Assembly: GCA_963801355.1 (NCBI GenBank) | Contig: CAWDEM010000008.1 | Coordinates: 960,001-1,024,000 of the forward strand | Source of the DNA: Ignavibacteriota bacterium | GTDB lineage: Bacteria; Bacteroidota; Ignavibacteria; UBA10030; UBA6906 | Direction of reading: 5' to 3' | DNA: 64,000 nt | Part shown: piece after piece, positions 28,655 through 38,946 of the stretch | Position numbering within the stretch: position 1 is the stretch's first letter | How the letters are laid out: each line of letters begins with the position of its first letter | Notes under the pieces: model-generated | Seen by the model: only the letters and a program-made list of their open reading frames with translations | Told to the model about the DNA's origin: nothing | The model's database searches: none | Made by a program: the position numbers and the translations under genes

Positions 28655-29250
28655 TAGACGGACGCATCGCGGTTTTTTTCGATCGTGACGGGACGCTGAT
28701 TGAGGATGTGGGATATCTACGAACACCCGATGAAGTCCGTCTGATCCCGGGTGCGGCTGCAGCGGTCCGTCTGTTGAATGAGCGGCGGATCTTTACCTGC
28801 GTGGTGTCCAATCAATCCGGTGTGGCCCGCGGATTCTATACCGAAGCGGATCTGGTGCCGATTCATGACCGGCTGCAGAGAGAACTTGCCTCGGGGGGGG
28901 CACATCTCGACCGCATCTATTATTGTCCGCACCACCTGACGGAGGGGCGCCCACCGTACAACATCGACTGCACGTGCCGCAAGCCACGCACCGGCATGGT
29001 GCAACGGGCCGCTTCCGAAGTGCCGATCGCACTGGAGAAGTCGTTCGTCGTCGGCGACAAGGTGTCCGACATCGAACTCGGCAAGGCCGTCGGCGCGCAG
29101 AGCATCCTGGTGCTCACAGGTTTTGGCCGCCCATCGCTGGTGGAGTCTCGCGAGAACGGGATTTTCCCCGACTATGTCGCTCCCACCGTGACCGAAGCGG
29201 TTGCGTTCATCATGCAACATCTTGAAGGAGTATCTCATCCTCATGCATAA
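28651..29250 (+). CDS. gmhB: D-glycero-D-manno-heptose 1,7-bisphosphate phosphatase (HAD IIIA)
   Basis: DRDGTL, SNQSGVARG, CPHH...CTCRKP, VGDKVSD. Confidence 0.85.
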   Translation: MIDGRIAVFFDRDGTLIEDVGYLRTPDEVRLIPGAAAAVRLLNERRIFTCVVSNQSGVARGFYTEADLVPIHDRLQRELASGGAHLDRIYYCPHHLTEGRPPYNIDCTCRKPRTGMVQRAASEVPIALEKSFVVGDKVSDIELGKAVGAQSILVLTGFGRPSLVESRENGIFPDYVAPTVTEAVAFIMQHLEGVSHPHA

Positions 29251-30442
29251 CGGTATCAGTCGCGGCCTGTTCCTGCCGCTTGTGCTGTCCGTGCTTACCG
29301 TGCTGTTGTCCGCGTGCAGCGACGACCCGACAGAGCAGAACGCTCTCCTTACACCCCAACTCCCCTTCATCGAGATGTCGGTGCGCGAAAGCACCATTGT
29401 CGCAATCGGAGGTGCTACGTTTAAACAACCGGTCGCGATGAACGGCTCCGTAAACCTCGTGGGACGCACGGGAAACTACACCGCTTCCACGGTGCTCGCA
29501 TTTTTTTCCAACTACTTCCCTACCCGTGACACCGTGAATGTGGTCTCCGCGACACTCTACCTGCACGGGGCGACGTTCTACGGCGATTCCACGGGTCAGC
29601 TGAGCTTTACGGTACACCGGATTGAGCGTTCGTGGAACCAGGTGACATTGACCTGGGACAGTGTACAAACCGGATTTTACGACGCCTCCGTGGTTCGTGG
29701 AACCTATGCCGGCACCATCGGAGCTGATACCGAACAGGTAGCGATCGAGCTCGACACAACCATGGCGCGCCAGTGGCTGTTCACACCCCCGACGACCGAC
29801 AACATATACCGCTACGGGATGATCCTTGTGCCCACCGCATCGGGGACGGTCGTCCGCGGGTTTCGGTCGTTCGAAAACGACTCCTCCAGCTGGAACCCGA
29901 GCGTTCGTCTCATCTGTCGGAACGTTGCGGGCACGGTACTCGACACGACAACCTACTACCTCGGCATCGACACCTTTGTCGGGAATATTGACAATCTCGA
30001 CACGGATTCAAAACTCTTCTACGTACAGGCGGGAGTCGTCTACCGCAACATCGTGAATTTTGACGTCTCGTTCATTCCGAAGGGAGCCATTGTCAACGCG
30101 GCGGCACTGACGCTGCAGGGCGACGCGGCGACGACCAGGGTCAACCGCTTCGCGGGAGATACGGCCATTGCGGTGCACCTCATGCAGGGTGCGACGACGA
30201 GTTCCGATTTCAATGCCTCCGGAGTCTCCATGCGGCTCGTGCCGGGGTCGTCAACGACGTACCGCGCCGATATCGCCGCGGATGTGCAGTCGTGGGTGCG
30301 GGGATCAAATTACGGGGTCCTGCTGCGCATCGACGGCACGCGCGAGTTTCAGTCGTTGGATCTTGTGACAGTGTGGAACCACCTCGCGGATGCGTCGCGT
30401 GTGCCGCGCCTGAAGATCATCTATTCCGTGCCGAAGAATTGA
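29243..30442 (+). CDS. Lipoprotein, possibly DUF4270-like
   Basis: Lipobox LSAC followed by acidic SDDPT; beta-rich; PRLKIIYS C-terminus. Family inferred from size and glgA context. Confidence 0.65.
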   Translation: MHNGISRGLFLPLVLSVLTVLLSACSDDPTEQNALLTPQLPFIEMSVRESTIVAIGGATFKQPVAMNGSVNLVGRTGNYTASTVLAFFSNYFPTRDTVNVVSATLYLHGATFYGDSTGQLSFTVHRIERSWNQVTLTWDSVQTGFYDASVVRGTYAGTIGADTEQVAIELDTTMARQWLFTPPTTDNIYRYGMILVPTASGTVVRGFRSFENDSSSWNPSVRLICRNVAGTVLDTTTYYLGIDTFVGNIDNLDTDSKLFYVQAGVVYRNIVNFDVSFIPKGAIVNAAALTLQGDAATTRVNRFAGDTAIAVHLMQGATTSSDFNASGVSMRLVPGSSTTYRADIAADVQSWVRGSNYGVLLRIDGTREFQSLDLVTVWNHLADASRVPRLKIIYSVPKN

Positions 30443-30455
30443 GGAGGCCAACCAC

Positions 30456-31709
30456 GTGAGCAGACGGAACACATTCCTGGCGCTGACCATCGCGCTGGCC
30501 TCACAGACCCTTCTGGCGGGGAGCGGCGGATCCATTTATTCCCTCATCGGCATCGGTGACCTCAGGTATATGCCCGGTGTTCGCGCCACCGGGATGGGTT
30601 ATGCAGGGTACGCCCTCACCAGTCCGTATGCTATCAATACGCTGTCGCCTGCGACATGGGGCAAAATCGAACGGCCGCGCGTTGAGGCAAGCATGCTGTA
30701 CGAGGGCTTCAAGTCATCCAACGTGACGACCTCCCGCTTTCTCGCCCGCGGAGACGTCAGCAGCGCAATCCTGGCCTTCCCCCTGTCCACAGCGCGGGGC
30801 ATCGTCCTTGCCGCGGGATTCACTCCCTTCAGCAAGGTGGACTATGACACCTACTCCGCCGCCGGATATACCACGGCGACGGATACGATGGAATACAGCC
30901 TGCACCATACCGGGACGGGCGGGGTCAGCAAAGGGCTGATCGGAGTTTCCTACACGCCTCTCCGCGGCTTGAACCTCGGGGTGTCGGTCAATTATCTGTT
31001 TGGCACCATAGAACGCGCCATCACCATGACCCCGCGTGCTTCGACATTTAGCCCCGGGAGCCGGAATGAAGAAACGACATTGAGCGGCCCGACCTTCACT
31101 CTCGCGGTGATGGTGGACAGCCTTGAGGGCGTCGCCGGGTTTCTCCGTCCTTTCGCGTTCGGCCTGGTTGCCACCACGCGGTCAAACCTGACCAGCACGC
31201 ACAGGTTCACTTACACGTACAGCGGTCTCCAGGATACGTCGAGTGAGGAAACCAATAACATATCGATCCCCGCATCGTTCGGTGTGGGCGTTGCGTATTT
31301 TCCGTCCGAACGGTGGATACTCGCGTTCGACTACTCAATGCAACCCTGGGCCAGTATGGAGTTCCGGGGCCGGACACCGGACGGTATCCGTAATTCATGG
31401 AGGGCGGGATTCGGTGTGGAGCGTTTGCCGGCGCGCGAAGCGGGCGTGCCGCTGCTTGACCGGCTCGCCTACCGTCTCGGCTTCACGTATGAGTCCACCT
31501 ACTACAGTCCCAACGGTCTGGGCATTGATGCCTGGGCGGTGACGGGAGGTCTCGGACTTCCGGTGAGTTCCGACGCGAGGCTGAATCTCGCCATTGAATA
31601 CGGGTCGCGCGGCATGGTCGACAACGGCCTGATCAAAGACAACATACTGCGGTTCTCCGCATCGCTCTCCATCAGCGAATTGTGGTACCAACGCCCCGAC
31701 GAGGACTAA
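30456..31709 (+). CDS. FadL-like outer-membrane beta-barrel
   Basis: Signal peptide, [11 protein letters not shown]...GMG...INTLSPA hatch motif, alternating beta strands, [21 protein letters not shown]-terminus. Confidence 0.75.
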   Translation: MSRRNTFLALTIALASQTLLAGSGGSIYSLIGIGDLRYMPGVRATGMGYAGYALTSPYAINTLSPATWGKIERPRVEASMLYEGFKSSNVTTSRFLARGDVSSAILAFPLSTARGIVLAAGFTPFSKVDYDTYSAAGYTTATDTMEYSLHHTGTGGVSKGLIGVSYTPLRGLNLGVSVNYLFGTIERAITMTPRASTFSPGSRNEETTLSGPTFTLAVMVDSLEGVAGFLRPFAFGLVATTRSNLTSTHRFTYTYSGLQDTSSEETNNISIPASFGVGVAYFPSERWILAFDYSMQPWASMEFRGRTPDGIRNSWRAGFGVERLPAREAGVPLLDRLAYRLGFTYESTYYSPNGLGIDAWAVTGGLGLPVSSDARLNLAIEYGSRGMVDNGLIKDNILRFSASLSISELWYQRPDED

Positions 31710-31710
31710 G

Positions 31711-33009
31711 ATGCTCACGCTGCAGCAGCAGGATCCTGAGGTTTTCGCGGCGGTCCGGAGTGAGACCCGCCGCCAGAACACCACGCTGGAATTGATCGCT
31801 TCGGAAAACTTCGTGAGCCAGGCCGTGCTGGAGGCGGTCGGCTCGCCGCTGACAAACAAATACGCGGAAGGATATCCGGGCAAGCGATACTACGGCGGCT
31901 GCGAATTCGTGGACCAGGCCGAAACCCTTGCCCGCGATCGCGCCAGGGAACTTTTCGGCGCAGCCTACGCCAATGTGCAACCCCATTCCGGGTCCCAGGC
32001 AAACATGGCGGTGTACTTCACTTTTGTGAAGCCCGGCGACACGCTGATGGGGATGAACCTCTCGCACGGCGGCCACCTCACACACGGCTCACCGGTGAAC
32101 TTCTCCGGCCAGTTCTACCGGTTCGTTCCGTACGGCGTGCGCGCCGACACCGGGATGATTGATTTCAACGAAGTGGAGTCGCTTGCGCTGAAAGAACGCC
32201 CCAAAATGATCACCGTGGGCGCAAGCGCATACTCGCGGAACATAGACTATAAGGCATTCCGGGAGATTGCTGACAGGGTGGGGGCTTTTCTCTTTGCCGA
32301 TATCGCGCATCCGGCCGGACTGATTGCCAAGAAGCTGTTGAACGATCCCCTGCCCCACTGCCATGTCGTAACATCCACGACGCACAAGACGCTGCGCGGA
32401 CCGCGTGGCGGGCTCATCCTTCTCGGTCAGGATTTTGACAACCCCTTCGGCCTGGTCTGGCAGAAATCCGGCCGCACCAAGCGTATGGCCGAGCTGATCG
32501 ACTCCACGGTCATCCCGGGCATCCAGGGCGGACCGCTGATGCACGTCATTGCGGGGAAAGCGGTTGCCTTTGGCGAGGCGCTCGCCCCGGCGTTCGAAGT
32601 CTACGCACGGCAGGTGATCGCGAACGCCAGGACCCTTGCCGCGGAGCTCGTCGCCTCCGGGTACACCGTAGTTTCGGGCGGAACCGACAACCATCTGATG
32701 CTGCTCGATCTGCGCAACCGGAATATCACCGGCAAGGAGGCGCAGGAATCGCTCGACCTGTCGGGCATCACCGTGAACAAGAACGCAGTGCCGTTCGACG
32801 ACAAGAGCCCGCTCATCACCAGCGGGATCCGCATCGGCACACCAGCTCTCACAACGCGCGGCATGAAGGAACCTGAAATGAAAATGGTGGCGTCCTTCAT
32901 CCACCGGGTCTTAACAAACCCCGGCGACACGCGCGTGCATGCCGCGGTGGCTGCCGAGGTGGAACACCTATGTCTGGAATTTCCTCTCTATCCTTTGCTG
33001 CAGGTGTAG
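31711..33009 (+). CDS. glyA: Serine hydroxymethyltransferase
   Basis: [41 protein letters not shown]. Confidence 0.97.
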   Translation: MLTLQQQDPEVFAAVRSETRRQNTTLELIASENFVSQAVLEAVGSPLTNKYAEGYPGKRYYGGCEFVDQAETLARDRARELFGAAYANVQPHSGSQANMAVYFTFVKPGDTLMGMNLSHGGHLTHGSPVNFSGQFYRFVPYGVRADTGMIDFNEVESLALKERPKMITVGASAYSRNIDYKAFREIADRVGAFLFADIAHPAGLIAKKLLNDPLPHCHVVTSTTHKTLRGPRGGLILLGQDFDNPFGLVWQKSGRTKRMAELIDSTVIPGIQGGPLMHVIAGKAVAFGEALAPAFEVYARQVIANARTLAAELVASGYTVVSGGTDNHLMLLDLRNRNITGKEAQESLDLSGITVNKNAVPFDDKSPLITSGIRIGTPALTTRGMKEPEMKMVASFIHRVLTNPGDTRVHAAVAAEVEHLCLEFPLYPLLQV

Positions 33010-33036
33010 TGCGCATCCGGCGGAGTCTGTCGGTCT

Positions 33037-33831
33037 ATGGCTGAATCACCCCACACGGAACCGGAAGTCCAGGAAAACCACGAGATGTCGTTCTTCGACC
33101 ATCTCGAAGAACTCCGTTGGCGGCTCATCAAAGCGATGATCGGCATTGTCCTGGGCATGATCTTCTGCTGGATCTTCATTGATTGGATCATGAACCAGGT
33201 GCTGCTCAAACCGGTCCTTGCCGTCAATGCGGCACTGCCGCCCGGGCAGCCGCCGTTCACCTTGCAGAACCTCAAGCCGTTCGGGCAATTGTTCCTGTAC
33301 ATGCAGGTGGCACTGATCGGCGGTGCGATCATCAGCGTCCCGAACATTCTCTATCAGATCTGGGCGTTCATCGCCCCCGGTCTGCTTCCCAATGAACGGA
33401 AGTACATCCGGGCGATTGTTTTCTTCTCGTCCTTCTGCTTCCTGTCCGGCATCGCATTCGCCTACTTCATCATGTTGCCGGCTGCTCTGAGTTTCTTTTC
33501 GACATTCGGAACCACCGCGATCGAGAACAACATCGCCATCAATGAGTACATGAATTTCGTCATCAGCGTGATGCTGTCCGCGGGCGTCGTGTTTGAACTG
33601 CCCATGGTCTCCTGGTTCCTGTCGAAGCTCGGCATCCTGACGCCCAAGTTCATGCGCCATTACCGCCGTCATGCCATCGTGGCGATCTTTATCCTCTCGG
33701 CGTTTCTGACTCCCGGCACTGATCCCGTCAGCCAGGTGCTGTTGGCCGTCCCCCTGATGGGGCTGTACGAGATCAGCATCCTGGTTTCTGCATGGGCATC
33801 GCGGAAGCGTGAACAATCCCTGGCATCCTAA
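33037..33831 (+). CDS. tatC: Twin-arginine translocase subunit TatC
   Basis: SFFDHLEELRWRL, YQIWAFIAPGL, FELP, LYEISI. Confidence 0.95.
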   Translation: MAESPHTEPEVQENHEMSFFDHLEELRWRLIKAMIGIVLGMIFCWIFIDWIMNQVLLKPVLAVNAALPPGQPPFTLQNLKPFGQLFLYMQVALIGGAIISVPNILYQIWAFIAPGLLPNERKYIRAIVFFSSFCFLSGIAFAYFIMLPAALSFFSTFGTTAIENNIAINEYMNFVISVMLSAGVVFELPMVSWFLSKLGILTPKFMRHYRRHAIVAIFILSAFLTPGTDPVSQVLLAVPLMGLYEISILVSAWASRKREQSLAS

Positions 33832-33846
33832 CCAACCGACGGACGT

Positions 33847-34830
33847 GTGAGGCCCGGTGTGACACTGCAAGAAATCGTGCAACCTGTTGAGCAGCACCTC
33901 ACGCTATTCGACCGTCATTTCCGCGAGGCCATCCGATCGCGCATCGGGCTTGTGGACCTGGTGACGCGCTACATCGTCCGCCAGAAGGGCAAACGGGTGC
34001 GCCCCATCCTGGTCCTGCTGAGCGCCGACCTCTGCGGCGGGATCAACGAACGGAGCTACCGCGGCGCAACGCTGGTGGAGATCCTGCATACGGCGACACT
34101 GGTCCATGATGACGTCGTGGACAACTCCGACACACGCCGCGGCCTTGCATCCATCAATGCCATCTGGAAAAACAAGATTGCGGTCCTGATGGGAGACTAC
34201 CTGCTCTCGCGGGGACTCCTTCTGTCGCTGGATCACGATGACTTCGGATTCCTGAAGATCACCTCCCAGGCCGTCCGCAGGATGAGCGAGGGAGAATTGA
34301 ATCAGATCGCCCGTGCGCGAAAGCTCGACATGGACGAGGCGGGGTATCTCAAGGTGATCGGTGACAAGACGGCCTCACTCCTCGCCACCTGTTGTGAGAT
34401 TGGTGCGTCGAGCGCCACTGCCGACCCCGGGCGCCATCGCCTGTTGCGCGACTACGGCGAAGCGGTCGGTATGGCATTCCAGATCCGCGATGATATTCTT
34501 GACTATGTCGGGAGGAAGAGCATCACCGGGAAGCCCACCGGCCTCGATCTGAGCGAAAAGAAGCTCACGCTGCCGCTGATTCACAGTCTCACGGTGGCGC
34601 CGCGGGCGGAGGGGAAGGGTGTTCTCGGGATGATCAGAGACGGGGGGAAGAAGCTCAAGGAGCGCGATGTCGCGGCGTTCGTTACCCGCTACGGGGGGAT
34701 CACCTACGCTCTCACATGCGCACGTGGGTATGCCCGGCATGCCCAGGAACTCATCGCGGAGTTCCCGGATTCGCCGGCGAAAACGTCACTTCATGCATTT
34801 GCGGATTTCGTGATCGAGCGGGACAAGTAG
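33847..34830 (+). CDS. Long-chain polyprenyl diphosphate synthase (IspB-like)
   Basis: GKRVRP, LVHDDVVD, RRG, KTASL, FQIRDDILD. Confidence 0.92.
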   Translation: MRPGVTLQEIVQPVEQHLTLFDRHFREAIRSRIGLVDLVTRYIVRQKGKRVRPILVLLSADLCGGINERSYRGATLVEILHTATLVHDDVVDNSDTRRGLASINAIWKNKIAVLMGDYLLSRGLLLSLDHDDFGFLKITSQAVRRMSEGELNQIARARKLDMDEAGYLKVIGDKTASLLATCCEIGASSATADPGRHRLLRDYGEAVGMAFQIRDDILDYVGRKSITGKPTGLDLSEKKLTLPLIHSLTVAPRAEGKGVLGMIRDGGKKLKERDVAAFVTRYGGITYALTCARGYARHAQELIAEFPDSPAKTSLHAFADFVIERDK

Positions 34831-34832
34831 GC

Positions 34833-35405
34833 TCAATAGTCCTGCGGACGCACGGTCAGCACCGGGCAGTGGGCATGACGCACAATACGGTCAGCCGTGC
34901 TCCCGAAGAGCATATGCTCCACTCCGCTGTGGCCGTGCGTCGCGACGACGATCAGGTCGACCTTCCGCTCTTCCGCTTCAGTCAGAATTTCGTGATGCGG
35001 ATTTCCCGTACGCACCGTCGTGGTGGCATCCACCCGGCCGGCGATTTCTTTGTCCACGAGCGCCTGCAACTCTTCCGAACCCTTCTGCCGTAGTTCATCC
35101 TCGACCCCAGGCAGCACGACCTGCCCGAAACCCAGATCGGCCGGGTAGATTGTCGGTTCCACCACGTACACCAGATGGAGCCGCGCGCCGAACTGTACCG
35201 CCATCGGGATCGCATACTTCAGCGCATTCTTGGAATGCACCGAGAAGTCGATGGGGACAAGGATAGACTTGAGGTCGAGCTCGGGTACGGGGGCAGGTTG
35301 AGCTGCCGGTGCGGGCCGCGGACGGAGTTTCTTCGTCGAACGCGCTGCAATGCGCACGCGGAGCGGCTTGGATGGACGTGAAGGCTTACGGGCGGACTTC
35401 TTCAT
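34833..35405 (-). CDS. Universal stress protein (single Usp domain, basic N-terminal extension)
   Basis: ILVPIDFS, DLIVVATHG, FGSTADRIVRHAHCPVLTV. Confidence 0.9.
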   Translation of the reverse strand: MKKSARKPSRPSKPLRVRIAARSTKKLRPRPAPAAQPAPVPELDLKSILVPIDFSVHSKNALKYAIPMAVQFGARLHLVYVVEPTIYPADLGFGQVVLPGVEDELRQKGSEELQALVDKEIAGRVDATTTVRTGNPHHEILTEAEERKVDLIVVATHGHSGVEHMLFGSTADRIVRHAHCPVLTVRPQDY

Positions 35406-35459
35406 CGCACACCTCCTGCGTCAGGGAATGAACGTCAGCTGTTGAATGATCTCCAGCTC

Positions 35460-36434
35460 TTAGTGATGCCTGGTTCTTGGAGACCCTTGGCTCTTGGTGA
35501 TCCTTACCTTTTCTTCATAGACGAATGACAGCCATTTGTGCGGATCGTTTGCGTTCTGGACGACGTCAAAGAACGCCGATTGCAGACGTTTCGTGACCGG
35601 ACCGGGCTTGCCCGATCCGACCGGCTGCTTGTCCACGCTGCGGATCGGCGTCACCTCCGCCGCAGTCCCTGTAAAGAACAGCTCGTCGGCCACATACACC
35701 ATTTCCCGGGGAATCGCCATTTCCTTCACCGTGATCCCCAGCTCCTCAGCGAGCTGCATGATGGAGAGACGGGTGATGCCGGGCAGCAACGCCGAGCTGT
35801 ACGGCGGTGTGTGTATGATGCCGTCGCGCACGACGAAAAGGTTTTCCCCGCTCCCCTCACTCAGATACCCGTTCGTGTCCAGAGCGATGGCTTCACTGAA
35901 GCCGGCCTGAAGGGCCTCCACCTTCATGAGCTGTGAGAGCAGATAATTGCCTCCTGCCTTCGCCATTGTGGGGAGGGTGTTGGGGGCCGGGCGCTGCCAG
36001 GTGGAGATGCACACGTCGATGCCATCCGCAAGTGCGGCCTGACCCAGGTACGTGCCCCACTCCCAGACCGCGATGACCGTGTCCACGGGGCAGTTAAGGG
36101 GATTCACGCCGACATCGCCGTACCCCCGGTAGATCACCGGGCGGATGTAACATGCGCGCATCTTGTTCGCCCGGATCGTCTCCATCACCGCATCAGTCAG
36201 CTGCGCTTCGGTGTACTTCGACGGTGTGCGGTAGATTTTTACGGAGTCAAGCAACCGTCGCATGTGCGGCTGCAGCCGAAACACGGCAGGTCCTTTCGCC
36301 GTGTCGTAGCATCGAATGCCCTCAAACCAGCTTGTGCCGTAGTGGACGACGTGGGAGAGCACATGAATCTTTGCGTCGTCCCATTTGACCAGCGAACCAT
36401 TCATCCAGATTGTGTCGACTTTCTTGACCGGCAT
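35460..36434 (-). CDS. ilvE: Branched-chain amino acid aminotransferase
   Basis: HYGTSWFEGIRCY, YIRP, AKAGGNY, EGSGENLF, LPGITR, TGTAAEVTP. Confidence 0.95.
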   Translation of the reverse strand: MPVKKVDTIWMNGSLVKWDDAKIHVLSHVVHYGTSWFEGIRCYDTAKGPAVFRLQPHMRRLLDSVKIYRTPSKYTEAQLTDAVMETIRANKMRACYIRPVIYRGYGDVGVNPLNCPVDTVIAVWEWGTYLGQAALADGIDVCISTWQRPAPNTLPTMAKAGGNYLLSQLMKVEALQAGFSEAIALDTNGYLSEGSGENLFVVRDGIIHTPPYSSALLPGITRLSIMQLAEELGITVKEMAIPREMVYVADELFFTGTAAEVTPIRSVDKQPVGSGKPGPVTKRLQSAFFDVVQNANDPHKWLSFVYEEKVRITKSQGSPRTRHH

Positions 36435-36461
36435 GGTATCCTCGTGTTCTCGAAAGAAGTG

Positions 36462-37583
36462 CTACCGGAGCGGCATCTGGTACAGTCGATGCCTCTTGAT
36501 GACCTCTCCGTTCATCATTTGTGCTCCACGATTCATCATCACGTTGTCCTCCAACACCCAGCTGGCCTCGCCGTGGGGCATTCCATTCCTGGTAATGCGC
36601 CTGCCTGTTTCGTAAAAGAGAATCCCGCCGATGCCAGAATTGCGGTACTCCGGCAGGACGCCCAGCATGACTATCCGGGCATACGTGATCCGCTTCTTGA
36701 ACAGCAGGATTCTGACAACAGCGGGAAGCAACCAGCCGTGTTTGTTGTCCTTGAAAATCTGATTGTAATCAGGCAGCGTCAGACCGAACCCCACGGCTTT
36801 CCCCTTGACCTCTGCAATGACGACGAGTTCGGGGTTGACGATCATTTTCAGGTCGGCGGCCATGAAGTCGAATTCTTCGTCGGTGAGGGGCACGTCGCCC
36901 CAGTTCGCTTCCCACCCCCGCGTGTAGAGGATGTGGACCTTTTCGACATCGTTCGCGAAATCCTTCATGTTGAGCGATCGGAAGACCAGCCCCTGGCGTT
37001 GTTTTGCAGCCTCCGACACCCGGACGAACTTCTCCGAAAACACCTTGTCACTATGGAGATACCACGTGAGGAGATCCTTTGCCTTCGCAAAGCCATAGGC
37101 CTCGGTGAACTCCGGATAGTACGGGGGGTTATACGACATCAGGATCGCCGGCGTCCGGTCAAATCCCTCCACGAGCATTCCGTACTCGTCATTGACCGAC
37201 GGACTGGCGGGGCCACGGATGGCATCCACCCCTTGTGCGGCAAGCCATTTCTTTGCCGCGTCGAAAAGTGCGAACGCGACTTTCTGATCACGTATGCATT
37301 CGAAGAAGCCGAAGAACCCGATATTTTCGTTGTGTTGCTTGTTATGATTGTGATTCACGATCGCGGCAATCCGTCCGACCACCTTTCCCTCGCGCTCTGC
37401 CAGGAAAAACTCAGCTTCGGCATGTTTGTAGAAGGGGTTTTTCGAGCGGTCGACCAGCTTGCGCCGGTCCATCAGCAGCGGCGGCACCCAGTTGGGGTTG
37501 TTCTTGTACGGCACCCATTGAAACTTCACGAACCGCCGCATGTCCCGTGGAGAGCGCGCCGGTCTGGTGATCACATCCGCCAT
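36462..37583 (-). CDS. GNAT-fold acyltransferase, probable bacterial ceramide synthase (bCerS family)
   Basis: WVPPL...NPFY, GRIAA, FFGFFEC, RGP...GMLVEGF, YNPPYY, SWVLEDN pattern; directly downstream of spt. Confidence 0.72.
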   Translation of the reverse strand: MADVITRPARSPRDMRRFVKFQWVPYKNNPNWVPPLLMDRRKLVDRSKNPFYKHAEAEFFLAEREGKVVGRIAAIVNHNHNKQHNENIGFFGFFECIRDQKVAFALFDAAKKWLAAQGVDAIRGPASPSVNDEYGMLVEGFDRTPAILMSYNPPYYPEFTEAYGFAKAKDLLTWYLHSDKVFSEKFVRVSEAAKQRQGLVFRSLNMKDFANDVEKVHILYTRGWEANWGDVPLTDEEFDFMAADLKMIVNPELVVIAEVKGKAVGFGLTLPDYNQIFKDNKHGWLLPAVVRILLFKKRITYARIVMLGVLPEYRNSGIGGILFYETGRRITRNGMPHGEASWVLEDNVMMNRGAQMMNGEVIKRHRLYQMPLR

Positions 37584-37592
37584 GCGGACTCC

Positions 37593-38852
37593 TTACGTGA
37601 TGATCCCGAGTTTCTTGCCGATTGTGCCGAAAGCTTCGAGGATCCTGTTCAGGTGCACATCCTCATGTGTGGCCATGTAACTTGTCCGCAGCATTGCCAT
37701 CCCGGGAGGGACGCCGGGGCTCACGAACGCATTGACGAAGACGCCTGCCTCGAAGAGTTCCCGCCAGAAGATGAATGTCTGCGTATCTTCCCCGATAATC
37801 ACCGGCACAATTGCAGTCTGCGAATCGATCACCTTGAATCCCATCGCATGGAAGCCTTTGCGCATTTTGTCGGCATTGGCGATCAGGCGGGTTATCCGCC
37901 CGGGTTCTTGCTGCAGAATTTCCAGCGAGGCCAGAGCCGCTGCCACCGCAGCGGGCGTGGGACTGGCAGAGAAGATGAGCGCGGGTGCGTGGTGCTTCAG
38001 GTAGTTGATCACCGCCCTTTCACCGACCACAAATCCGCCAAGCGAAGAGAACGTCTTGGAGAACGTCCCCATCGTCATATCGACTTCCTTCTCGAGTCCG
38101 AAGTGGCTTGCGGTACCCCTCCCGCCCTTTCCGATCACGCCGGTTGAATGGGCATCATCAATCATTACGCGCGCATTGTGCCGGTGCGCGGCCTCCACGA
38201 GGCGGGGAAGGTCGACGATCGCCCCGGTGGTGCTGAACACACCGTCGGAGACTACGAGTTTCGCGCTCTCCCGGGGAAGTTTCGACAGCACGCGTTCGAG
38301 ATCATCCATATCGTTGTGCTTGTACCGCACGAACTCGGCGAACGCCCCCTTGGCCATGAGATTGCCGGCCACGATACAGGCATGGTTGTCCTTGTCCGAG
38401 ACAACGTATTCCCCCTTCTGCACCAACGTCGGAATGATCCCCTGTGCAGTCTGGTAGCCTGTGCTGAACAGAAGGCACGCCTCTTTGCCGAAGAACTTCG
38501 CCAGGCGATCTTCAAGCTGGATGTGCAGATCCAATGTCCCCGTGAGATAACGGGATCCCGAGCATCCTGTTCCGTACTTGAGCACCGCCTGCACTGCGGC
38601 GTCTTTCACGCGCGGGTCCGCCGTCAGACCGAGGTAGTTGTTACTGCCCGCCATGATGATTTTGCGGCCCTCGATTGTCACGACCGGACCTTCATTTTCT
38701 TCGATCGGGCGGAAATACGGATACAATCCCGCAGCAATTATCTCATCTGCGCGCGTAAAAGACCAGCACTTCTGAAACAGATCCACCGGCTGTTTTTTCG
38801 CCGAATCGGCAGAAGTGCCAGCGTGAGCGGCTGGCGCTGGGTGTGATGGCAT
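37593..38852 (-). CDS. spt: Alpha-oxoamine synthase, probable serine palmitoyltransferase
   Basis: [10 protein letters not shown]-terminus, [22 protein letters not shown] and GTFSK PLP motif resemble Bacteroidota SPTs; flanked by bCerS-like and CerR-like genes. Confidence 0.78.
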   Translation of the reverse strand: MPSHPAPAAHAGTSADSAKKQPVDLFQKCWSFTRADEIIAAGLYPYFRPIEENEGPVVTIEGRKIIMAGSNNYLGLTADPRVKDAAVQAVLKYGTGCSGSRYLTGTLDLHIQLEDRLAKFFGKEACLLFSTGYQTAQGIIPTLVQKGEYVVSDKDNHACIVAGNLMAKGAFAEFVRYKHNDMDDLERVLSKLPRESAKLVVSDGVFSTTGAIVDLPRLVEAAHRHNARVMIDDAHSTGVIGKGGRGTASHFGLEKEVDMTMGTFSKTFSSLGGFVVGERAVINYLKHHAPALIFSASPTPAAVAAALASLEILQQEPGRITRLIANADKMRKGFHAMGFKVIDSQTAIVPVIIGEDTQTFIFWRELFEAGVFVNAFVSPGVPPGMAMLRTSYMATHEDVHLNRILEAFGTIGKKLGIIT

Positions 38853-38903
38853 TGGATATCTCTGGGATCCTGGTACGGAAGATTGATTAGATGAAAGCAT
38901 TTT

Positions 38904-38932
38904 AATATACTTACACTGCCTCGAAAAGTCAA
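38904..38932 (-). promoter_or_regulatory. sigma70 promoter for spt operon
   Basis: Minus strand TTGACT-N17-TATATT. Confidence 0.65.
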
Positions 38933-38946
38933 TTATAAGGAACAGC

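Noticed and set aside
37593-38852. Annotation as BioF or Kbl
   Set aside because: The YPYFR N-terminus, GTFSK motif and bCerS/CerR-like neighbours favour SPT, although this is not proven without phylogeny.
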